From Paragordius varius (taxonomy: Eukaryota; Animalia; Nematomorpha): a stretch of DNA of 64,000 nucleotides. The translations under genes and the position numbers were made by a program. The notes under the pieces were generated by a model, which did no database searches, had not been told where the DNA came from, and saw only the letters and a program-made list of their open reading frames with translations. The stretch spans positions 1,550,001-1,614,000 of the forward strand of contig OZ176053.1 of NCBI GenBank assembly GCA_964247055.1, read 5' to 3'. Below, piece by piece: positions 13,234-24,100 of the stretch (position 1 is the first letter of the stretch; each line of letters starts with the position of its first letter).

Positions 13234-13279
<46 letters not shown>

Positions 13280-13428
13280 GACAAATGGAATTCAATGATA
13301 ATTTGGTATTTTATGATAACGAAATCCTTGAATGGGTCGAAATGATATATTCAGTGGCTCCCATTATTGATGGTCGTGTCAATCATATTTATGCTTCCAA
13401 GAAAATTATTTGGAGACAACAAAAATAA
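11638..13428 (+). CDS. Probable orphan multi-exon gene, 5' end not resolved (exons 11638-11771, 12482-12678, 13276-13428)
   Basis: Three stop-free, GC-enriched segments bounded by AG/GT join in matching phases (1, then 0) to give ~160 aa, FDQANAWNGNYELS...KKIIWRQQK*; no family recognised. Confidence 0.6.
12822..13238. mobile_element. MITE family A copy with expanded 21-bp internal repeat array
   Basis: At least 8 AAGGGTGAATTTGAATTGTTC-like units at 13040-13235; followed by a (TA)n tract. Confidence 0.75.
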
Positions 13429-13764
13429 CTTTTACAATATATATTTTATATTTATTAACCGCCACAATAAATGAAGCCAAACCATGTTTTATTCTTTATT
13501 TTCCTAACTCTCCATAAAACCACGTGTCTTGCAAGTCACTTTTTTTGGAAAAAAAGTATTACCTATTTACCGCCAATTATGTCGACCCAGAGATTATTTT
13601 TTGATAAAACTTAATGGGAAAAAGATCAAACATCGTTATTCGGGAGATAATCGAAGTTTTTAACCTGAACAATTCTAAATTTTGTTTTTAAAGCGGCAAA
13701 TGTAAAAATTAAATGGTGTATGAAGATTTGTTTTTAACCGATTTATTGGTTAAAAAATATACGA

Positions 13765-14160
13765 AGGGGTTAACACAAATGGCTTCGCGAGCTGCATTTT
13801 GCCGCAAAATCACCTGCGATGCACTTGTACAGATTTATATAAGACCATAAAATGCAAGCACAATTTAACATTTTTTTCTACGACTTGCCAATTGGATAAA
13901 CTAATTTAAAAAATTGATAAATAAATATTATACTAAGATTTTGTAAGCATATATTAGCAAATAATGGATTTCCAAATTTTTCCCGGGTCGCACATAAAGT
14001 CTCTAAGGGCCGCATGTTGACATTTTTGAGAGTAGTTGTTATAAAATATTTCTTATCCATGTTGCAGGCACCTAATGAATATAAATAAATTTTTAATTCC
14101 TTCATACATATCAAATACTTTAAATAAATGTTTACTCAAACACCACGGCCGCATGTGGTC
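13765..14160. mobile_element. Degenerate hAT-type MITE remnant
   Basis: ACACAAATGGCTTCGCGAGCTGCAT... and GGCCGCATG motifs shared with 29947-30285 and 60769-61099. Confidence 0.5.
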
Positions 14161-14288
14161 ATAAAAGTGCTTTTTATAGCCCCAAAATAATTATTAAATT
14201 TTGAAAAACTTAAATAGAAATAAAAATATCTAATAATGTTTTAAAAAGCATAATATTTATCGGTCCTGCACTTCAAAAGTGTCATTGA

Positions 14289-14393
14289 ATACTTCAAGTT
14301 GATCCTTGAATATTTCAATATGCTTTTTAAACACTTCAAGTTAATCCTTCAACACTTCAAGTAGGTCGTTGAACATTTCTAGTTTGCGGTTTT
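14289..14393. repeat. Minisatellite, ~5 x 21 bp (AACACTTCAAGTTAATCCTTC-like)
   Basis: Five consecutive 21-bp units visible; the unit resembles the family A internal repeat AACAATTCAAATTCACCCTTG. Confidence 0.7.
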
Positions 14394-14515
14394 TTTAACT
14401 TTCATCCAAATCGTATATCATTCATCTATTTTATCATTTTTAACTATTTTCTTTATTTAACACAAACTTTTAAATCAATATCATTTTTATCATTGAAATC
14501 GTATACCTTCTTTAA

Positions 14516-15094
14516 CACTTCAATTCAAATTGGGGTATCTAAATACCCCAGACAAAATTTGAGTTAGGATTTTTAAAAAACTACTGAAGAAAACGGTCCC
14601 AATTTAAATTTTTGCTTCTATCCTAATAAAAATTATATAAAAATGATAAAATATCTAGAAAAATATTCATTTTGAAAAAAAAAGTTACATGTCAAACTAC
14701 TCCGGCGCCATTTTTATTTTAAAAAATCTTTGCCAAATATCGTCTTCATTTAATTTTAAAGGTAAAATTAAAGCTAACTTTTTCTTTAAATTACATCTAA
14801 TATTGATGGAAATAGAAAATGCGGTTTATTTTGTAATATTTTTGAATTTTACCATTGCACACATGTCACGTTCAATAAATTTTTACCTTTCGGTTTTAGC
14901 TTAAAATAAGTAATATCAAGTATTTTCGAAATTTTTTTATATATTTCTGTTTATTAATGTTACATAAGTGCAAAATTTTGCCATGGTTTCGATTTCTTCC
15001 ATATTTTTAAAGAATTTAATTTTATGCACGCCTGGGGTATTTAACTACCCCATTTTGAATCGAAGGACTAAAATGAATGTGATGTATCCAAGTG
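14516..15094. mobile_element. TTAA-targeting MITE family B
   Basis: TTAA|CACTT...AAGTG|TTAA; ~580 bp; reverse complement of 40426-41003. Confidence 0.85.
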
Positions 15095-15964
15095 TTAATA
15101 CTTTCTAAAATATTTTTTATATTATTAAGATTTTTACATATAAATAAAAAACACACAAGTTTCTGGGTCATTAATTAGAGCTAGTAATAATTTTGTTGGA
15201 AAAATTTAATTTGAAAGAAAAAAGTGGTTTTCAGATAAAATTCATTTATTTTTAGTAAATAAACACAAAATGTATAAATAAATAGTGTTAAAATATAAAA
15301 AAAATACATGCAAAAATTATGGATAAATTTTTTATAAATTTTAAGCACCATTTTGAAGTGTTAAAAGACCAAAATGTTTAATTAACTTGAAATATTCAAA
15401 AACTTGCACTGTTAAGGACACTCGCATGGTATATATGTTCTTGCCTCTACAAAAAAATAATTTTTTGCATTTCGATTTTGGTGAGTACCATTAATTATAA
15501 CGAAACATATATAATTTATTTAATCGATGATTGGTTGGTGAACTCTGCATCTCTATAATAAAAGTATTTTTAAAGTAATCATGATAGGGATATTGTAATT
15601 TAATATTTGCATTTTATAGTCTTTCGGGAGTACTACGAAAAGTATAAATCAATAAAACCCTTTTACCAAATTTTTTTGGATTCACTAAATTTAATGACAC
15701 AATACAAATATTTTTAACTTTAAAATATTTATGATTACAACACCAATAATTAATCATTGTTAAGGTTTGTTTTAATTAAAATAAGTAATCCTTTAATATG
15801 TTTGGAAATAACAAAACTTCAAAATAATTTTTTCCATATTATATTTTTTTTTTCTTTTAATTATAATTTATTGAGTTTTAAAAAAATATTTTATCGATTT
15901 TAAAGGTTATTACGGTTTTTGACAGCCTACACAATATGTTTTAGCGAATGGCCATTTAATTTAT

Positions 15965-18900
15965 ATGTATGCTGCTAGTAAATATTTATTAAATTATCCT
16001 CATAGTAGTTTTGCCTCCATCTACAAAATTAATAAAAAATCCACACCTACATCTAAAAATGTTATAAAATCTAATGTATGGACAACATCTACAAACAAAT
16101 TTACCATTTACAAAAAAATAAATAATACATCATATACTCCATCGAAAGATACCAGATCTTTAAATTCACGTAATTCAACACATACACAACTATCCGCTTG
16201 TCGAGAAAAGATATTAAAGAAGTATAAAATACGATATGTTGAAAAATCAAAAGCTTCTCCTATTGCTTACAAAACCGTTAGTCGGCAAAAGTCAATTAAG
16301 CATACACCATATAACAAAATATCTCCTTATAAAACTAAATATGTAAATAATGTATCTTATGATGTATCCCGGTATTTTAATAATTAATTTTTTTAGATAT
16401 ATACTCAAACGGAGTAAATGTGTGTTGTTGCAAAAATCTTTTACATCCAATGACAAATCGGTAACTTTTGATAAAAAGTCTGCCAATTGTAAAAAGCATT
16501 GCATCTTTTTTAATCGCTTTGGAAGGTGTACTAGATCACCTCATTGTCCATACATTCACGATGTCAAAAAGATTACTGTTTGTGTTAGGTAAAATTTAAA
16601 TTATCGACTTATTCAAATTTTTGCAAATTTATTATATAATTTTTACGAACCACAGAACTATATGATCTATTAAAGATTTAGCCGATTTTATTTATTTTCA
16701 ATATTGTAAATGTACATGGCTAAAAAATGTTGATCCACTTTTTGGATACATCCGCCCTTTTATATAAATTATAAAAATAGCCATAAAAAAGTGCTCATTT
16801 TTGAAGTTTATTAATCTTTAAGTTTATATAATTTTTTTTCATATAATTATTGTTAGGTATCTCAGAGGTAGTTGTTCTGTAGTGAATTGTCCATTTTCTC
16901 ACAAAATTTCGAGTAAAACAAAGTTGCCGGTTTGTAAATACTTTCTTCGTGGAGGTTTATGCGACAAAACAGCTGATGTTTGTCCATACCCCCACATATA
17001 CTATGGCCCCTCAACTAATAATGTTACTTCAAACAACATTAACAAAAACCCTTACATCAAAAGAAATACTAAGGTTAGGCATTTTTTTGGTATTGTTTAC
17101 AATAATAAAAAAATTAATAAAAAAAGAAGTAAAAATACAGCTTAATTTGCATGGAATTATAACATTAGAGACCCTCAGTTTCACATATCTTAGAATTATA
17201 TGGATATGTAGAAAAAATTCTGCAAAAAATGACACTTTTGCTTTTAAAAGCATGTCTTTTTATAAATAAAACTTTGGCCTTTTATCTTTACTCTCCGTAT
17301 AGCAATTGCTGTTGTAAAAGTTTTACCTTGCATAATTTTTATCTTATTATTTTTAGATCCAAGCAAAGTACAAACCCCCAAATTTACTGTCTTATGTAAC
17401 AAAACGAAGAAGTTTTACACCATTGAATTATTCCTCTTGCTCTGCGTAAAAACTTTTTTTTCGATTTTTGTTTTGTCAAATTATTATGTAAATATGTATT
17501 CCGCTTATATATATATATATATTATCATCAATCATTTTTGTAAGTCGTTTCTTCATGGTTTTGTAATTTGAGGCAAGGTTTTACGGATTATATGCCCTTA
17601 TAAACCAACCCCTTTAACTCAGAGGTGAGGGTACCTTATTCGCTGCACCAGGCTAGAGAATGTCTAAAAAGACTACGATTTTCTCAAATCGACCTCCTCC
17701 GTTGGCCTTACACATCGTGTAAGTTTCCGGACATCACCACGTGGAGGTGGAGGTAGGATTTTGTATAAAAGATAATAATAATAATTTACAAATACAACCA
17801 GAATTAATTAAATCCATATGGCAAAAATATATGGAGCAAAATCTAAACAACCCTTTAACACCCATAATAAATTCTGACCGAGATCCCTGTTGTGGCCCAT
17901 TAAATACATTCACAATACAAGAAATTGAGATTGCTTTAGACCAAATGAAATCAAACAAGGCTTCGGGCCCTAGTGAACTATGTTTTGATATCATTAAATT
18001 AATACCCAATATAACCATGCTTCTAACAAATTTATTTAACAAAATAATAGATGAAATGAAAATACCCAAAGACTGGGAAAAAAGCATTATATTTCCCATT
18101 TTCAAAAATAAAGGAGATATCCTAACCTGTTCCTCATACAGGCCCTTAAAACTTCTTGAACATGGGTTAAAAATTTTTGAAATGTGCCTCAAAAATCGTA
18201 TCATCCAGCTCATATCAATTAATCCAATGCAATTCGCCTTTTCAGCGGACAAAAGCACAATCGATCCAATTTTCCTACTCAGACAATTACAAGATAAATA
18301 CCGAGCAAAAGGTCGTAAACTATTTCACCTTTTTGTCGATTTAGAAAAGGCTTACGACTCAGTACCTAGAGCACTAATAATAGAATCACTGCGCTACAAC
18401 AACGTAGATGAATATACCATTAAGTTAATTATGTTAATCTACACTAACTCAATCAGTTGTGTTCTTACTCCTGTTGGGAATTCAGAGTATTTTAGTATAA
18501 ATACTGGGCTGCATCAGGGATCTGTCCTTAGCCCACTTCTTTTTATAGCTATAATTGATTACATAACAAAAGATATGAGAGAAGGTCTGCCTTATGAAAT
18601 TCTTTATGCAGACGACCTCATAATCACTGCCGAAGATATTTCAATACTCGAAAATAAATATCTTATATGGTCAAAACAATTACATAAATACGGTCTTAAA
18701 ATCAATACAAACAAAACTAAAATTCTAATCACAGGAGATGAACATAAAACTATAAAGTTCCCATGCCCAGTGTGCACCACTGAGGTAAAACTAAACTCAC
18801 TTTGTTGTACAAAATGCAGAAATTGGGTCCATAAAAAATGTTCCAACATAAAAGGAAAGTTAATTAATAATAATAATTTCATCTGCACACCATGTGCTTC

Positions 18901-19537
18901 ATCAATACCACAGCCAATATCGAATCCACGTACTATAAACTTTAATGGAGATAAACTAGAAGTGGTAACATCTTTTCCATATCTGGGCGATTATATAGCA
19001 TCTGATGGTTCTTTGAGGGATGCCATTTCTCATAGAATCAGACAAGGATGGGCCAAATTCAATCAATTAAAATATATTTTAACTAATAAAAATATCAAAT
19101 CGAATCACAAGATAAAGATTTACAAAATGGGAATAAGACCAGCTATGACATACGCTACAGAAACCTGGGCCCTTACAGCAACAGACCTAAATAGACTTAC
19201 TAGAGCTGAAAATCACATGCTCAAAATCTGCAACAATAATTTTGATAATACCATAGAAGAAGATGAACCCATAGCTCTATTCATCCAGCGCAATCGATTG
19301 CGATATTACGGACATATTCAACGTATGAATTCCGATAACTGGGTCCAAAAAATACAACATTTAAATATACCCGGCCCAAACAGAAAAGGCCGCCCTAAGC
19401 TCACATGGTCCAAACAGCTGACCCAAGATCTATCACACTTCAATATTGAACACGAACAAGTCTTTGATAGGACATTGTTCAGGAAGTTGGTGCATGGAAA
19501 CCCCAGATACCCTGGGACCTAAAATGAATGGATGGAT

Positions 19538-19570
<33 letters not shown>

Positions 19571-20057
19571 AATCTTGATTATATTACATTTTAAACTAAT
19601 TATTTTAATTTTTGTGATTTTAAATTTTATATATAATACATTACACACCCTCAATACAGATTATCTAAAAAGTATACCAAAACAAATACATCATTGTCCA
19701 AGGGCCATTTAAACAAAAGCCGCCACACCTATAAACGGCCAGTAGATTCGTATAAAAAAATATTTAGCGGCAATAATAAAAAGACCAAAACAGAAAATAA
19801 ATACGATCCAAATTTTAAATTTCCTAACGTGCCTCCAATCATTCGATTAACAAAGGGCAATGCCGAAAAATCTTTAAAAAAATCCGCAAAAACAAATTTA
19901 ACCAACAATAAAAAACAAAAATCCCTAAAAGGTAAATGTAAAAATAATTTATTTGATACAAAAAAAGTTTTACACTTTTTGAACAATATATATTTTAGAT
20001 GAGATTAGTGATAGTGAAATGGAAAAGTTATTACAAAACTTTTTTAAACCCAAATAA
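15965..20057 (+). CDS. ZC3H3: CCCH zinc-finger protein ZC3H3-like (exons ~15965-16371, 16397-16588, 16857-17073, 17357-17445, 19660-19931, 19999-20057)
   Basis: CIFFNRFGRCTRSPHCPYIHD..KITVCVRYLRGSC..NCPFSH...LPVCKYFLRG..C...CPYPH matches ZC3H3 fingers 1-3; phases are consistent across all GT-AG introns; the start codon and downstream low-complexity exons are less certain. Confidence 0.8.
17524..17757 (-). mobile_element. Short non-autonomous retroposon (SINE/SIDE-like), 5'-truncated, antisense in ZC3H3 intron 4
   Basis: Minus strand runs ribozyme-like core, hairpin, GGGGTTGG..AAGGGCAT..CCGTAAAA, CCATGAAG, then an ATGATTGATGAT tail abutting (TA)n; tail shared with 53650-53720 and 22211-22274. 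Confidence 0.65.
17693..17757 (-). ncRNA. HDV-like (nested double-pseudoknot) ribozyme core lacking its P1 5' strand
   Basis: CCTACCTCC(P2) ACC(P3) TCCACGT(L3) GGT(P3') GATGTCC(P1') GG(P1.1') AAA CTTACAC-GAT-GTGTAAG(P4) GCCAAC(J4/2) GGAGGAGG(P2'): order and pairing match the HDV fold. Confidence 0.7.
17758..19540 (+). mobile_element. 5'-truncated RTE-type non-LTR retrotransposon (intact RT ORF to 19522, no endonuclease domain), sense in ZC3H3 intron 4
   Basis: CIKD...IWQKYMEQNLN pre-RT region, KASGPS, YRPLKLL, FVDLEKAYDSVP, GLHQGSVLSPLLF, YADD, FPYLG; 3' tail ATGAATGGATGGATGGA then (TA)n. Confidence 0.93.
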
Positions 20058-20249
20058 CCCAGTGTACGTTCGGATATACCGCCTCTCCTTAGAGCTCTAT
20101 GCAATTTGCCCTAAACCGTGTCAGTAATTTATTTTTTTTAAATTAAATTAAATTTATTATATCTAATGTTGTACAATAAAATAAATGTTTGATAAAATAA
20201 ATTTTATGAATTAATGTTTAAAAACGATTTATATTACTAGGAACTAATA

Positions 20250-20463
20250 TACCATTTATACTTTTTCAAATTCACCCTGAAATAAATTTTTAAATACTAC
20301 TAATGTTTAATATTAAATAAATGAAATTTTATCTAAAAAACTGAAAAAATAGAAAACCAAGCCATAAAGATATATTTCATATTAATAATGAGTGTCAGCC
20401 CGAAAACAAATAATTTATTTTTAGGGTGTAAATAGTTCGAGGGTAAATTCTAATTGTAAATAT
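20250..20463. mobile_element. MITE family A copy
   Basis: TACCATTT...CAAATTCACCCT left end and AGGGT...AATTGTAAAT right end. Confidence 0.7.
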
Positions 20464-21137
20464 TATATTTTTGTTTCTTAAACAAATCTCTATATCTGGT
20501 AAAAAATATTAAAGGTAGTAATTATATTTCAAAACTCCTTATAATACCTTGAAGATAAATAAGCCTTTTTCAAAGAAATGTGCTGAATTTTGAAAATTTA
20601 ATTTACTATTAATAATTAATTGTTAAATCTTCTTTGTGAATGTGGTGCAGAACTACTGTAAATTCTATCTTTACATTTGTTCTTTAAACTGTTTTTAAGA
20701 ATATAATAAATAGTAATGACAAGTGGTTTTCATATGAAATTACAACATATATTTAATACACTGTAATTATTATATTTTTGAGCTGACACAACGGATATAA
20801 TTTATGACCGGTCAGGCACTTTTCAGATAATCATCCAAGTTTAAAAATTTACATTAAAATAATTATTCCATCAACCTAAATTAATCACACAACAACATTA
20901 ATATTTATAATTTTGGTTGAACAAAATATTTTTTTGTCATTGGAATAATTTCTATTATTGCAAATATAATTCAGCTAAAATTAAATGAATTTATTGGGTG
21001 AATTTTCGATTATTACTACTAATCTTTGTCAAATGTAAAAAATAAAACTTAATTATAAACTATTTTGCTAAAATACCCATTATAAATCATGAATAAAAGA
21101 TAGTAAATAATTTATTTTAGTTAAGAATAAATAGTAG

Positions 21138-24100
21138 TTATGCAAAAAATAGTACAAATATAAGAACAAAAATAATAAGGATTGCAAATATTTTAATCAT
21201 TAACCAACGGTTGGAGGATAAACTACGGAAATATCTCAGGATTTCTGTGTGAGCGCCTTCGATGCTTAATACGGTAGATTCAACATGCGTATCAATTCTA
21301 AATATTTTGCATATATCAATGATAATTTTTTTTAATTTGCCGATATTTCCAAAACCTTGACAGCGTAATAAAAGTAAGATATTAAATGATAAAAAAAATT
21401 GAAACAAAATTTTACCAAAATATCATCGCTACAAGTTAGAGTATTAAAATTTTTCGTTAAATATGTAGGTTTATAAGAAAATATCAATAGTTAGATATAC
21501 AGTTTAAATTCACCCTAAAATATATTATGTGTTTTTTGAGATTAATATTACTGCATTTTAAAATTTTGTATGTGATCAAATTAATACTGAAAAAATAATA
21601 TGCCATAAAATATCTAATTTTAATGATGAGTTAGTTATATTAGACCCATTTTTTTAGGGCAAATTTAAATTGTTCAATGAATTTGAATTGTAAATGGTAT
21701 ATTAAAATTAATTATAAAATATATGATTGTAAATTTGTTTAGCAAAAAAATTTCAACCAGTATTTATTTTCTGGTTGCAAGTTAGTAAGGGCATCCTCAT
21801 AACACTTAATTAATGGTAAATTGATAAAAGAATACAACTGTATTCACTAAATATTATATCTAGATTTAGTACAAGGAAAATTAAAGTTATTTTATGAAGA
21901 ATTTGCTAAATCTAAATTTTAGGTTATTGCTATTAATTATTCTAATTAATAACCGCCATCTACTTTATATAACTTTAAAAAAATCTAAGTTGTCATAAGC
22001 TAATGCAATAAATTTCAGTATTCTGTAACATTTATATATAGTTTTGCCAAAAATTTCAAAAAAGCGCATGTAATTAATAAAAAAAATTATTTTAATAATG
22101 TTTCAATAGTATTTACCGAACAAGTTTTACGATACTTAGTTAATCAATCATAAGTTAAAATAGTATAATGTTTAATCAACTGCTAAAAGTAATAGGTCGT
22201 TAAGATATTATGTAGGTCGATGGAACTTTTTTGATCAAGCTTGGCAAAGTTTAGATTTTATATGCCCTTAAATTTTAACACTCCATAACCTTTTGGAGGT
22301 AGTTTTATATCCTAGAGCGACTAAAAATTTGAATATATTAAAGGGTACTTAAAGTATAAAGCCGTATTAAAAAATGCGTTCTTTAGCCTTTTAAACGCAT
22401 GTTACAATTTTTAAAAAAAGATTGTAAAAAAAACCTTATCTCAAACTTTTTTGCATTTTAAATTTTTTTATATCGCTATTGCAATAGGCAAATAAATGTA
22501 CATTATAATTAGAAAATGTAAATAATTAACTTTAAAAGCTTTCCTACTACACCTTACCAGCAAAAACTAGCTATACTTTGATTTTAATATCAGCTATTTC
22601 TTTCAATCGTGTTTTAGAGTTAGAATCTAGAAAGTCACAAAACTTTAAGAAATATCAGCTTTTTTATCTAATACATGAGAACAATGGTTGATAATTAAAT
22701 TTTAACTAAAAATACTTTGTGTAGTTTATTTACAAAACGAGCTCTAAAATATAAGGACCCAAAAAGTAAACTAGGACAAAAAAGTGAAAAGGTAATGAAA
22801 TGTTAATGTAAAAAATTAAATTAATAAATACAATTATAAACAGCTTTTAAAACTTTGTTTTTGATTAGTTTTGCTTAAATGTTACTTGAATAACTCATTT
22901 TCAAGCGTTAAAAAATTATATTCTTTCGATAATCGGTAAAAACCTTGACACTCTTTAAATTTAGTTAATATCCAACAAATTTCTACCTTTGTATAACTTC
23001 CTCCTGTTCCCTCACCATCGTAGCCAATTGGGTAAAAAGACCACCCAGTTCAATAATGGTACTTTCTACGCTTTGTATTGCGGCTGAACGACTTTCATCA
23101 TACACGGATGTGGTTTGGTCTTCACGAATAGCTAGCGTTTGAATTTGATGAGTTTTTGGATAATTATTCGAATTATTGTTATCTGGCATATCAAGAGCCA
23201 CATTATGATCGGATAATTGTGAGCTTTTTGTACTACTTGAACTAAGGTTACCAAGTGCATTTGGGCGCGTTCGTGAAGGCGGTTGATGATAGGAATGGGG
23301 TGGTGAAGCCATTACAGATTTTTCTAAACTTGTCGTAAAACGAGAGAGAGCAAAAGATTAGAGTTAAAGAAAAATACAATAATGGTAAATGAGGGATTGA
23401 TTATGTTTTGTAATATAACAGTTGTTAAATCCGTAAGATAATGATAAACGAAAATTAAATAGAAAATGAATTGAAAGTTTTATTTATTAACAGAAATTAT
23501 AAATGATATGGGAAATCCTTTCGTCAAAGTTTCGTGCTTGTTAGCACTCATCAGTACAACACAACTAGTTAACTAATTGGGGTTTTTACATAACGATTTC
23601 GTGATATTATATCTATCCAAATATGCAATTTTGTTATGCATTCGGTTATACAATTTAAAATTAAATTGAAAATCTGAAAACAAACTGAAAATTAACATTA
23701 GGTTTGACCCTTATATTAACTGTTATTTCTATTACCTTTTAAAATTGATATTTCTTTGTAATTGTATAAAATTACTTATACCCCCTTTCACAATCTTATT
23801 TATACCAAATTATCAGGTAAAATGCAATATGTATATGAGTCACATTCTTCAAACGAACAATATATTTTTGTTTATCATACTTACGAAATCTGAGGAATTC
23901 TCCTGCAGCAGACGATGAACCGCCATTCTGAATTCCACTTTCTGCCGTGAGTGTTCTGGCTTTTTGGGTCGCAGTTTCAAACAGAGCATCGGCTCTTTGT
24001 TGCCGTTCTTTTAATACCTGAATGAAAATAAAAATAATTTTTAATTTAACTCAAAACAAAATATATATCTAAAAAAGTTTTCACAAAAAAGATCGTAATA

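Noticed and set aside
13040-13235. CRISPR-like repeat array
   Set aside because: Units are directly adjacent with no unique spacers; eukaryotic context, no cas genes.
17693-17757. Hammerhead ribozyme reading (GTGATGT...GAAAC-stem-loop)
   Set aside because: Needs three substitutions in the invariant core and has no stem II; the HDV-like fold explains the same bases much better.
17734-18888. Antisense ORFs 17734-18258 and 18604-18888
   Set aside because: Shadow ORFs opposite the RT coding frame; no recognisable motifs.
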